64,000 nt of DNA from Patescibacteria group bacterium (GTDB lineage Bacteria; Patescibacteriota; Patescibacteriia; Veblenbacterales; UBA10138), in assembly GCA_041645215.1 (NCBI GenBank), contig JBAZQK010000001.1:54091-118090 (forward strand), in the 5' to 3' direction. A model generated the notes under the pieces. It had not been told where the DNA came from. It saw only the letters and a program-made list of their open reading frames with translations, and did not search any database. A program made the translations under genes and the position numbers. Below are positions 9,305 through 17,698 of the stretch, piece by piece (the stretch's first letter is position 1; every line of letters begins with the position of its first letter).

Positions 9305-10699
9305 TTAGGTAATATTAGCGACTTCAGGCGGAGGTAGTAATTTTAATAACCACAAACTCATAACGTATAAAATTATTGCTATGGCGATTTTTATCAGCAG
9401 TGGCAATGGTAATAATAATCCAACTGACATTATCAAGGTAGCAACAATAATTTTTTTCCACCGCGCCGGACTGGGCTTAAGGCCTAAGCGCCACAGCGTG
9501 ACCAAACCGACCAGAGCCATAAACGCTTCCACCGCGACTGTCATCCAAGCCGCGCCCCAGTAAGAATAAAGCGGAATAAAAATCGCGTAGCCCACCAGCC
9601 CCAGCGCCGCCGCCGCGGCATAATAAGGAATCATCCGGCGCTGTTCATCGAGCGCAAAAATTATATAGCCAGTGGCGTTGCCAATAAATATAAACGCCGT
9701 GGCCAAACTAAGAACGGCCAAAATTCGACCGGCCACGACAAAGTCGGCGCCGGCCAGCCACACTATTAAATCAGTGCCGGTTATAATACTGCCGGCGATT
9801 AGGGCCAGCCCCCCGGCCAGCAAAATATCAAACGTACCCTGGTAAATATTAAGCAGTTCGTTTTTATTTTTATTGGCTTGCGCCCGGGCGGCTAAGGGCA
9901 AAATCAATCCGCCGATAATGGCCGGCACCGCCAGCATGACCTCTAGAACTTTGTAAGCCGCGCCGTACACGCCAACTTCGGCCTCGCTCCGCACCCACGA
10001 CAAGATTATCGTATCGGTTTTAAAATAGATTAAATTAAGCGCGATGGTGGCCGCTACCGGCCAAGTGCTTTGCCACAAGTACCGCCAGATTGCCGGATTG
10101 ATTTGCCATTTAAAAGGGATTAGCTGTCGGGCCGCAATTAAGGTTATGGCAGCGGTAATTAAGCTTGATATTGTTAGAATAATAAAATAATAAGTTAAGC
10201 TGGCTTGTTGCGATACGGCCCACCAGGTTCCAGCCAGCAGTATTATTCGCCCCGCTAGTTCGCTTGCCACTAAGCGGCCGGTGGCCAGTTTGCTTTGGAA
10301 AACACCGCTAAAACACTGACTGATGGTGCTGGCAAAAAACGCTAAACTAGTTATGATTATTCCCGCCTTAACCAGCGGGGAATAAGGCAGGAATAAACTT
10401 ATGGCTGGCGCCAGGATAAAGGCGATTATTCCGGTGATTACGCGAAAGCTTAGTAAGTTGCCCAGTAATTCACTGGGTTGGTATTTTTGTCTGCCCAACT
10501 CGCGCGCCACTGTCATGGTTAAACCAAAATCAATCAGAATACCAAAGAACTGTAAAAAAGCCACCACGCTGACGTATTGGCCATAGCCGGCTTGTCCAAG
10601 TTGCCGGGTCATTAAAGCTACAATCGCCAAACCGAAAATTGTGCTGACAATTTTGCCGGATAATTGAATAATCGTATTTCGGCTGATAGCATTAATCAT
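9305..10699 (-). CDS. Polysaccharide/lipid-linked oligosaccharide flippase of the MOP superfamily, Wzx/MurJ-like.
   Basis: MINAISRNTIIQLSGKIVSTIFGLAIVALMTRQLGQAGYGQY... is the typical Wzx N-terminus, followed by about 14 TM helices. The internal start at 10699 avoids overlap with the adjacent gene; the full ORF runs to 10807. Confidence 0.6.
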   Translation of the reverse strand: MINAISRNTIIQLSGKIVSTIFGLAIVALMTRQLGQAGYGQYVSVVAFLQFFGILIDFGLTMTVARELGRQKYQPSELLGNLLSFRVITGIIAFILAPAISLFLPYSPLVKAGIIITSLAFFASTISQCFSGVFQSKLATGRLVASELAGRIILLAGTWWAVSQQASLTYYFIILTISSLITAAITLIAARQLIPFKWQINPAIWRYLWQSTWPVAATIALNLIYFKTDTIILSWVRSEAEVGVYGAAYKVLEVMLAVPAIIGGLILPLAARAQANKNKNELLNIYQGTFDILLAGGLALIAGSIITGTDLIVWLAGADFVVAGRILAVLSLATAFIFIGNATGYIIFALDEQRRMIPYYAAAAALGLVGYAIFIPLYSYWGAAWMTVAVEAFMALVGLVTLWRLGLKPSPARWKKIIVATLIMSVGLLLPLPLLIKIAIAIILYVMSLWLLKLLPPPEVANIT

Positions 10700-10700
10700 A

Positions 10701-11018
10701 CTAGTTGGTTGGCCATTGATAGGTTTTAAGGTTAATAAAATAATTGTTGTCTCGTTTAGTAACTTTAATGCCTTCGCGGCGCAAGAGCAAAGCTTGTTGC
10801 GTTCCACTCAGGCGCGGGTGGATTATGGATATCATACCTTGCTGATTAATGACTCGCTGCCAGGGGACATTGGGCGGACAAAGCCGCAAAGCCCAGCCGA
10901 CTAAGCGCGCGCCTTGCGGTTTACCTAAGATGGCGGCGACTTGTCCGTAAGTGGCCACTTGCCCGCGTGGAATTTGTTTAACTAAATTGTAAACTGCTTT
11001 ATAAAAACTCTCCGCCAT
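10701..11018 (-). CDS. Alkyltransferase-like (ATL) protein: the MGMT DNA-binding domain without the Cys acceptor.
   Basis: QVATYGQVAAILGKPQGARLVGWALRLCPPNVPWQRV matches the O6-alkylguanine-DNA alkyltransferase C-terminal domain, but the active-site PCHRV is PWQRV. A Trp in place of Cys is the ATL hallmark. Confidence 0.6.
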   Translation of the reverse strand: MAESFYKAVYNLVKQIPRGQVATYGQVAAILGKPQGARLVGWALRLCPPNVPWQRVINQQGMISIIHPRLSGTQQALLLRREGIKVTKRDNNYFINLKTYQWPTN

Positions 11019-11157
11019 ATTTAGCAGTATAGCAGTTTTAACCAGGGGTTATCTAAAAAATAAACCCCCTAAGCATATGACTTGTGCCAATGCTTAGGGG
11101 GCCTGAAAAAATAGGCTAGGAGTAACGATTTAAGTCTTAGCTGCAACTGCATGGTTT

Positions 11158-11808
11158 TTAGAGTTGTAACAAATGGCCGAGTTTTTTCTTTTTTGTCACC
11201 AACTCTTGCCTGTTCCATTGCGAGACTGGCATCTCCAAGGGTGCTCGTTCCAGTTTTATGCCACTCTGGCGAAGTAACCTCATTCTTTGAGGATTATTAG
11301 TCATCAACTTTATACTTTTAATGCCAAAGTGATGTAGGACGTCGGCCACATCTTCGTAGTGTGTGCGGTAATCCTCGTTAAAACCCAGAGACGTATAGGC
11401 ATCAACTACCAGCTCATGTTTTCGCCTCTGGCCCTCGGCATATACGATAAAATGATTTCTTAACCCCACAGCCTTACCGTGTTGTTCAAACGCAAATATG
11501 ATTAAACCATTTTTTTCTTCAGCAATACGCCGTTTGGCTTCCTCTAACTGCCAACCGCAATCACAATACTGGGAGCCAAAAAAGTGAGCCCAAATACACA
11601 CTGATTCAACTCTCACCAGTGGTTTTTTGACTTTGGTAGGGTTTCCTTTGGTCAGGACGGCATACTGCCCGCCAGGAAAAGCAAAGTACCAAATCTTAAA
11701 TAGACTCACTTTCCCGTCTGGAAGTTTAAGAGGCAGGTTCACTGGGCCAATTAGTTCAAATCGTCCAAATTGCTGAACAGTAGTAATTACTTGCTTTAAT
11801 TTTTTCAT
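11158..11808 (-). CDS. GTP cyclohydrolase II-like protein, RibA family.
   Basis: VRVESVCIWAHFFGSQYCDCGWQLEEA resembles the RibA zinc-site region (SEC...CDCGFQLE). ...LMTNNPQRMRLLRQSGIKL matches the RibA C-terminal TNNPxK motif. Confidence 0.55.
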   Translation of the reverse strand: MKKLKQVITTVQQFGRFELIGPVNLPLKLPDGKVSLFKIWYFAFPGGQYAVLTKGNPTKVKKPLVRVESVCIWAHFFGSQYCDCGWQLEEAKRRIAEEKNGLIIFAFEQHGKAVGLRNHFIVYAEGQRRKHELVVDAYTSLGFNEDYRTHYEDVADVLHHFGIKSIKLMTNNPQRMRLLRQSGIKLERAPLEMPVSQWNRQELVTKKKKLGHLLQL

Positions 11809-11960
11809 GATATTTTTCCTTGATTGTTAATGTAAGTAGTAATTGTTTCGATTTTATTACTTCATGTTGAGATAATGTAATAATTACGTCAATATGAATA
11901 TTACTTTACAATTAAAAAAGCCCATATTTATTAACATAAATTCATACAAATTAAAATAGG

Positions 11961-11977
11961 TGTCAATTTTATTGACA
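11961..11977. promoter_or_regulatory. Perfect palindrome TGTCAAT-N3-ATTGACA upstream of the TrmB-family regulator, a candidate auto-operator.
   Basis: tgtcaattttattgaca lies 33 nt upstream of the 12010 start codon, inside a 200-bp AT-rich intergenic region. Confidence 0.3.
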
Positions 11978-12009
11978 ATTATTATGATCTAGGATAGGAT
12001 AACTACACT

Positions 12010-12762
12010 ATGTCTATTGACGCCAAAGAACTACAACAATTTGGGCTAACCGAGAAAGAATCCGCACTTTATTTAGCTGCCCTAGAACTTGGCAGTACTT
12101 CCATTAGCGACCTGGCTAGGAAATCACAGCTAAAGAGACCCACTACCTATTTAGTGGTAAACCAGCTTGAAGTTATGGGTCTTTTATCTCAAACAAGGAT
12201 AGGCAAAAGATTTTTTTATTCAGCAGCGCATCCCAGACGGCTAGTTGAAAGAGTTCGCTTTCGTGCCAATCGTGCCGAAGAAATGATGCCCGAGCTGGTC
12301 GCGCTGTGTAACAATTCCTCTAATAAACCGAGGCTTCAAGTCTTTGAAGGGCTAGAAGGTGTGAAGCTACTGTACCAAGAATTATACGAATCGCTGAATA
12401 ATAAACAGGAAGCGCTCTGGTTTGCTAACATAGGTGCCCTGCGTCAGTACGTGCCCGAAGCCATCACTGAATACAAGAAAATTCTCCGTAAAATTAAAAA
12501 TCCCAAAATCAGAGAACTCAACTGCGGCGATAAAGAAGGTAAACATTGGCTTGAAGAAACTAAATCATTTCGAGGGCCACGCCATCAGGTGCGTATATTG
12601 CCGCCTAATTTTGAGTTCGGCAGTACTGATAATCTTATACTGGGCAATAAGCTTGTTATATTTTCTCTAAAAGGAGATGTTTCGGTTATTGTAATTGAGA
12701 ACAAAGAGATCGCCTTAACTTATCGAACACTTTTCGAAGCAGCCTGGAGGTTAGGTAAGTAA
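12010..12762 (+). CDS. TrmB-family transcriptional regulator with an N-terminal winged HTH.
   Basis: FGLTEKESALYLAALELGSTSISDLARKSQLKRPTTYLVVNQLEVMGLL is the typical TrmB HTH. Confidence 0.7.
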   Translation: MSIDAKELQQFGLTEKESALYLAALELGSTSISDLARKSQLKRPTTYLVVNQLEVMGLLSQTRIGKRFFYSAAHPRRLVERVRFRANRAEEMMPELVALCNNSSNKPRLQVFEGLEGVKLLYQELYESLNNKQEALWFANIGALRQYVPEAITEYKKILRKIKNPKIRELNCGDKEGKHWLEETKSFRGPRHQVRILPPNFEFGSTDNLILGNKLVIFSLKGDVSVIVIENKEIALTYRTLFEAAWRLGK

Positions 12763-13032
12763 GTCTAAGCATACTATCTAAAGTGAGGCGCAGCTACGAC
12801 GAGATCTGGCGAAGCCATGACGGGATCCCGCCAGTTTTCTCCTACATTTGGAGCGGGTAGCCCCAGTAGAATGTGCTTCGCACCTCTACGGGGCGCGGCG
12901 GGAGTCCCGCAGTATAGGCTTTGCCTAACTACGGGATAAATCGAACCCGCGTGATGAGTTTGTCCCGCAGCGACGAGATGAACGAAGTGAATCCGTCCGG
13001 CTGCGAGGATCCCGTTGCGTTACACCGCACAG

Positions 13033-13103
13033 AGCGGGTAGGGGGAGTCGAACCCCCCTCATCGGCTTGGAAAGCCGAGGTAATACCGCTATACGATACC
13101 CGC
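13033..13103 (-). tRNA. tRNA-Gly(TCC).
   Basis: The reverse complement is GCGGGTATCGTATAGCGGTATTACCTCGGCTTTCCAAGCCGATGAGGGGGGTTCGACTCCCCCTACCCGCT. Anticodon stem TCGGC/GCCGA has loop TTTCCAA. Confidence 0.7.
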
Positions 13104-13611
13104 TCTGTGAGGACAACATATGGCGTGGTCCTCGAAAAATAAAGTCGCTGACACTCCAATTTTTCGGGAGAAAACTCACATAATGACCGTTACCCGCCTG
13201 CCCCGCTAAGCGGGGCCTGCCTAAGCTATATCCCCATGAAGTGATCTCATTAAATAAATACAAGTTGAACGTAGACGGTTTGTTAATTGTCCGAGGCGAG
13301 CGGCGGGCAGGTACGATACCCGCTCCAAATGTAGGATTTATGATTATAGGTGCGGGAGAAAACACCTAGAATTTAATTTATACGACATCCGCTTCGTGCG
13401 TATGAATAGCGGGATCCTAGAAAATTAGAGTCGTTGCGCTCCTTAATTCTTGGGAGAAAACCGACACCAGTCCGCCAAGGCCTGTGTCATATTAATCGCT
13501 CTTGATAATTGGATTAATAAAATTTTAATTGATTTGCCAATTGTGCAAGACTGATAGTGGTCGGGTATGATACCACACTTAATAATAACAAATAAACTAC
13601 AGTGGAGTCAT

Positions 13612-14157
13612 TTAATTGTTCGTGGCTTCAGGTTTTGCCACAAGGCTGTCCGTTTGGGTTTTTTGGGATTGCTCCCTTAATTGTTTAACCTGAGTAAGAA
13701 TCTGCGTTAGTTGTTGTTCCAAACTGTCGTAGGTTAAATTACCAACGGATGCAGGCTGGAGATTGGCGCGGTTGGCCAGACTGTCAGACAGCTCTTCCAC
13801 ATCTTCGGAAATTTCTCCCATGTCCTCTGATATTTCCTCTACATCCTCGGAAATCTCTTCAACTTCTTCTGTTAGTTCGTCAACATCCTCGGTAACTTCT
13901 TCAATATCCTCGGCCACGTCTTTTAGGGTGCGGGTTTGTTGGTTAACACTGTATTGAATGAAAATAGAAAGATAAATCGCTTCCAAAGATACAGCGGTAG
14001 TTAGAATCAACAGAACTTTTTCAGTGCTGACACCAAATCCAACCAAGGCCAAGCAGGCTATAAATAGCATAGTGTGGATTATGATTGATGATTTGGAGCC
14101 AATCCAAGTGGTAGCTTGACTGGTTCTTTGGTCAAATTTGGAGGGAGATACCGACAT
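13612..14157 (-). CDS. Membrane-anchored acidic heptad-repeat protein with a coiled-coil-like region.
   Basis: N-terminal TM helices, then EDIEEVTEDVDELTEEVEEISEDVEEISEDMGEISEDVEELSD, six or more near-perfect 7-residue repeats. Confidence 0.4.
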   Translation of the reverse strand: MSVSPSKFDQRTSQATTWIGSKSSIIIHTMLFIACLALVGFGVSTEKVLLILTTAVSLEAIYLSIFIQYSVNQQTRTLKDVAEDIEEVTEDVDELTEEVEEISEDVEEISEDMGEISEDVEELSDSLANRANLQPASVGNLTYDSLEQQLTQILTQVKQLREQSQKTQTDSLVAKPEATNN

Positions 14158-14231
14158 AGAATACCTTTAGTGAATAATCAGTATTTATTACCAGCGTGCC
14201 GCGTTGAGCGTGACTGTGACCACGTTGAGCG

Positions 14232-14306
14232 TGGTGCCTGGGGCCAGAATCGAACTGGCGACGCCAGCCTCTTCAGGGCTGCGCTCTACCACTGAGCTAC
14301 CCAGGC
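14232..14306 (-). tRNA. tRNA-Phe(GAA).
   Basis: The reverse complement is GCCTGGGTAGCTCAGTGGTAGAGCGCAGCCCTGAAGAGGCTGGCGTCGCCAGTTCGATTCTGGCCCCAGGCACCA, with CCA encoded. Confidence 0.85.
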
Positions 14307-14376
14307 GTGGTGGTATTTTACCTTAGTGCGTTTTGGCGGGGCAAGCTGAGCCACCGCGTCACGCTGATAATAAATT

Positions 14377-14733
14377 TTAAAGATTGGCAATTATAAAACC
14401 ACTTAATACCAGCAAGAATCCTATTAAAACGTTACCTTCCGGTATGGTTTGAAAGACTAATCTGGCTAAAATGATTTCAGTGATCATTAGGGCTGTCCAG
14501 CTGGTTAAGGTTACAAGCCAAATGTTATTAAAGATTTTGATACCGTAGAGGTATCCACTGATAATTATAAAACCGCCAATTAATGTGGCCCAAAAATACC
14601 AACCCGAAGGTTTTAATATTAACCAAAGACTATTACCACCGGCACTGGCTTTGGCTCCAAATATCTGGGCCACAATCATGAGTGATTCGCCTGCTGCTAT
14701 TATAAGCAAGGTTAATATTTTTTGCCACAACAT
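14377..14733 (-). CDS. Small polytopic membrane protein, function unknown.
   Basis: 118 aa with four hydrophobic helices. Confidence 0.35.
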   Translation of the reverse strand: MLWQKILTLLIIAAGESLMIVAQIFGAKASAGGNSLWLILKPSGWYFWATLIGGFIIISGYLYGIKIFNNIWLVTLTSWTALMITEIILARLVFQTIPEGNVLIGFLLVLSGFIIANL

Positions 14734-14931
14734 AGGTTTGGTGTCGCGCCCGAGCTACGACTATAACCACGCTTAGCGTGGTGGGTATTGGGAGTTGTCG
14801 TCCCTACGGGAGATCACCCGCCATTCGGCCTCAAGCTCATGGCCGGGAGGCAGGGTGAAACCTACGACCTGTCTGCTGTCCAGCGGGACGCGCTATTCTT
14901 AAACTGACTTTTAAAGAAATAAAACTTAGGT

Positions 14932-15008
14932 TGGTCGGGGTGGTGGGATTTGAACCCACGATCTCGTGCTCCCAAAGCACGCGCGTTAAACCACTACGCT
15001 ACACCCCG
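14932..15008 (-). tRNA. tRNA-Pro(TGG).
   Basis: The reverse complement is CGGGGTGTAGCGTAGTGGTTTAACGCGCGTGCTTTGGGAGCACGAGATCGTGGGTTCAAATCCCACCACCCCGACCA. Confidence 0.85.
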
Positions 15009-15161
15009 ATAAGTGTATTACAGTGAGTTGTTTATTTTACGCTGTAAAGTGTAATGGGACCTGTCCGATGTACATCGGACCGCGCTAGCCTCAACCAAAG
15101 GCTGATCCGCCTCTGGCGGAAACTGCGCCAATCCCCGATGAATGTATTACATTGTTAATTT

Positions 15162-15234
15162 TGGGTCCGGCGAGACTCGAACTCGCAACCAACTGCTTAA
15201 GAGGCAGCTGCTCTACCACTTGAGCTACGGACCC
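15162..15234 (-). tRNA. tRNA-Lys(CTT).
   Basis: The reverse complement is GGGTCCGTAGCTCAAGTGGTAGAGCAGCTGCCTCTTAAGCAGTTGGTTGCGAGTTCGAGTCTCGCCGGACCCA, anticodon loop CTCTTAA. Confidence 0.85.
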
Positions 15235-15274
15235 ATGGATGAAACACCTTATGTTAAGTATCGCTTAATAACCT

Positions 15275-15324
15275 GTAACCAATCCTCCTTGGGAGGACTG
15301 CTCTACCACTTGAGCTACGGACCC
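15275..15324 (-). pseudogene. Partial duplicate of the tRNA-Lys 5' half (acceptor 5' strand plus D-arm) fused to a non-tRNA hairpin.
   Basis: 27 nt, ctgctctaccacttgagctacggaccc, are identical to 15208-15234. They are followed by a tcctccttgggagga hairpin instead of an anticodon arm, with no T-arm or 3' acceptor. Confidence 0.5.
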
Positions 15325-15404
15325 ATGATTGGCTTGTAGCATATAGCTTATAGTAAATAGCGTGAGGGGTCTCTCACTATTAGCTATGTGCCATTAGCTA
15401 ATTT

Positions 15405-15460
15405 GCCCCGGAGGGATTCGAACCCCCAATAATCCCGCCGTGGCGGGACCGTGATATCAT
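15405..15460 (-). pseudogene. Partial tRNA-Arg-like copy with T-arm, 3' acceptor and D-loop similarity but no 5' acceptor strand.
   Basis: gccccggagggattcgaacccccaat is near-identical to the 3' part of the tRNA-Arg at 15548-15622, and gtgatatcat matches its D-region. No complementary 5' acceptor is present. Two hairpins separate the two copies. Confidence 0.4.
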
Positions 15461-15547
15461 AGTCTGCCATAGTCTTTGACCTGAACCAGAGCATAGCACG
15501 GTTCAGGCCTACCATGAACCGTGTTACTTTAGAGCAATTCTGGTTCA

Positions 15548-15622
15548 TGGTGCCCCCGGAGGGATTCGAACCCCCAATAGCTGGTCCGAAGCCAGCCGTG
15601 ATATCCATTTCACTACGAGGGC
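15548..15622 (-). tRNA. tRNA-Arg(TCG).
   Basis: The reverse complement is GCCCTCGTAGTGAAATGGATATCACGGCTGGCTTCGGACCAGCTATTGGGGGTTCGAATCCCTCCGGGGGCACCA, anticodon loop CTTCGGA. Confidence 0.8.
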
Positions 15623-15752
15623 GTAAAAAAATATAGTCGGGTTAATAATCGTGCAGCATTATAAGCGTAAAGCACAGATCACGATAACACAGGATCTATG
15701 AATATTCAAGTTTAGGTTGATTAATATTTTTTAATCAGCATCAGCTGATAAT

Positions 15753-16790
15753 TTAGCGTAAGCTATCAATTGAGATAACGTGAGCTTCCGCCGTGGCTTG
15801 GGTGATTATATCCTGTTTTAATAAATCCCGAATACTGTGGTCCATGGTTATCATGCCTTGGGCGGCGCTGGTTTGAATGACAGATTTTATTTGTGGCGTT
15901 TTATTTTCGCGAATTAAATTGGCGATCGCTGAGTTATTCGTTAGGATTTCTCGCGCGGCCACTCGTCCGCCGCCGACCTTAGGCAGCAGACGTTGAGAAA
16001 TAATGGCGCGTAAACTTGAAGATAATTGCGATCGAATTTGGTTTTGCTGGTGGGGCGGGAATACATCAACGATGCGGTCAAGGGTTTCAGCCGCATTGTT
16101 GGTGTGTAAAGTGGCAAATACTAAATGTCCGGTTTCGGCCAGCGTGATGGTAGCGGCGATAGTTTCAATATCGCGCATTTCTCCAACCATAATCACGTTC
16201 GGATCCTGCCGCAAAATATGCTTTAGTCCTTCATTAAAAGACAACATATCAGTACCAAGTTGGCGCTGTTTGATAATACTTTTAACCGGGGTAAAAACAA
16301 ATTCAATCGGGTCTTCTAAAGTAATTATATTTACCGCCCGTTCATTATTGATTTGTTCAATAATAGCAGCCAAGGTAGTTGATTTGCCGCAGCCGGTGGG
16401 ACCTGTTACCAACACTAAACCGTAATCAAGACGTGTCAGGTTGTAAACCACCGCTGGCATGGTTAGATCTTCCAGGGCCGGAATTTTAGTAGGAATAACA
16501 CGTGCCACCAGGCCAGGATTGTCTTTTTCAAAATGCAGGTTAATACGGAAGCGGGTGCCGTCTTTAATTTGGAATGAAGTATCAAGCTCGCGTTCAGTTT
16601 CAAATTTCTGTTTTAGTTTTGGCGCCAACATAGCATTGAGCAGTTCAGACAGGTTTTTGCCGGTTAGAATAGGATAATCAAGCTCTTTTAATATACCATC
16701 CACTCTAACAATCGGTGGTTTGTTAACCACCATATGCAAGTCAGAGGCTTTTAAACTAGCAGCCTCGCTAAGCAGAGATTCAATAGTCAT
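15753..16790 (-). CDS. pilT: Type IV pilus retraction ATPase PilT (twitching motility protein).
   Basis: Walker A is LVLVTGPTGCGKSTT. NIITLEDPIEF and MVGEMRD match the PilT/PilU signature motifs. 345 aa. Confidence 0.9.
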   Translation of the reverse strand: MTIESLLSEAASLKASDLHMVVNKPPIVRVDGILKELDYPILTGKNLSELLNAMLAPKLKQKFETERELDTSFQIKDGTRFRINLHFEKDNPGLVARVIPTKIPALEDLTMPAVVYNLTRLDYGLVLVTGPTGCGKSTTLAAIIEQINNERAVNIITLEDPIEFVFTPVKSIIKQRQLGTDMLSFNEGLKHILRQDPNVIMVGEMRDIETIAATITLAETGHLVFATLHTNNAAETLDRIVDVFPPHQQNQIRSQLSSSLRAIISQRLLPKVGGGRVAAREILTNNSAIANLIRENKTPQIKSVIQTSAAQGMITMDHSIRDLLKQDIITQATAEAHVISIDSLR

Positions 16791-16865
16791 ATGTTTAATC
16801 GATTAGTTAATTGTAGGACTTTCGCGTTTGAGCCAAGTTCGAGGCAAAACCGAGCATTTGAGCAA

Positions 16866-17035
16866 GCCGTAGTAAACCCCGTTACACCCCGTCCTGAAGG
16901 ACCGGGCATTTTTGGGGAAGATTTTTAATTTCCCATTCACCCCGTTAGAAGTCTCCACCGGCGGTGGAGTATCCCGACAGCCATTGGGATTACTTCTAAC
17001 GGGGCATTCTGGGTGTAACGGGGTTTACTACGGTG
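16866..17035. ncRNA. Candidate structured RNA or repeat element with three nested inverted repeats.
   Basis: The outer stem gccgtagtaaaccccgttacaccc (16866-16889) pairs with gggtgtaacggggtttactacggtg (17011-17035). Inside it ccccgttagaagt pairs with acttctaacgggg, and ctccaccggcggtggag forms a further palindrome. Confidence 0.35.
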
Positions 17036-17241
17036 AGCGAAAAGCCGAGGTTTTAACGAAGAAATTGGCCAAAGCCGCTTGCGGGGTCGGGCTGCGCCCG
17101 CCCCTAAAGCGGCAAGCGCGTAAGTCCTAAATTGTTTAAAAAATGAAATTCTCAACCGCAGCCCCGCCTTGGCGGAGCGAGGTATTTTGGCGAAGGAAGA
17201 TAACCGACCAATCAATTATAGCTAAAAAAGCAGGTTTTAGG

Positions 17242-17607
17242 CTATTGGTTAAAATAAAGTTCCTCAATACCCTGTTTTATAAGTTCCACTGGCGGCGCCA
17301 GGAATGTTTGTTTATTAAAACGGTAGGGTCGGCCATAACCCAAGCCCCGTTTGCCAGTGCGGCGACTATGGCGGTCGATGTCCACTCCGTTAATATGGAT
17401 AGTGGGCGAGGCAAAAAAATTATATAACTCGGCCTGTTCCATAGTATCTATACAAATAAGTTTTGGTTCGTCTTTGATTCCTAGCGTCTTAAGGCTTTTA
17501 ACAAGGTTAGCTGCCGTTTCCTGCCACCAGCGGCAGTCACGGGTATATAAAAGCTCAATCCCTCCATTGGGGGCAGGCCCGGTGACAAAGTTGTAGTTAC
17601 TGTTCAT
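17242..17607 (-). CDS. Hypothetical protein, possibly a thioredoxin/glutaredoxin-like fold without a CxxC motif.
   Basis: 121 aa with a single Cys in DCRWW. The call rests only on weak resemblance to the glutaredoxin-like family. Confidence 0.25.
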   Translation of the reverse strand: MNSNYNFVTGPAPNGGIELLYTRDCRWWQETAANLVKSLKTLGIKDEPKLICIDTMEQAELYNFFASPTIHINGVDIDRHSRRTGKRGLGYGRPYRFNKQTFLAPPVELIKQGIEELYFNQ

Positions 17608-17698
17608 ATTTTATTTTCCTTCGTTCCGCTAAGCGGGGCTTCGTCATAATACCCTCCCGATTCCGCCAGCCGGCGGACATCGGCCCAGGAGCTTCATA

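Noticed and set aside
9305-10807. Full 500-aa extent of the flippase ORF.
   Set aside because: The first 36 codons overlap the upstream ATL gene on the same strand. The internal MINAIS start at 10699 is more plausible.
12921-13365. Three overlapping ORFs of 73-146 aa around 13 kb.
   Set aside because: They cover tRNA-Gly and the structured repeat modules and their composition is driven by GC-rich hairpins, so I treat them as spurious.
15753-16790. PilT as part of the T4SS island.
   Set aside because: It is 27 kb away from the VirB-like genes and next to tRNA and housekeeping genes. I treat it as a type IV pilus retraction component, not island-encoded.
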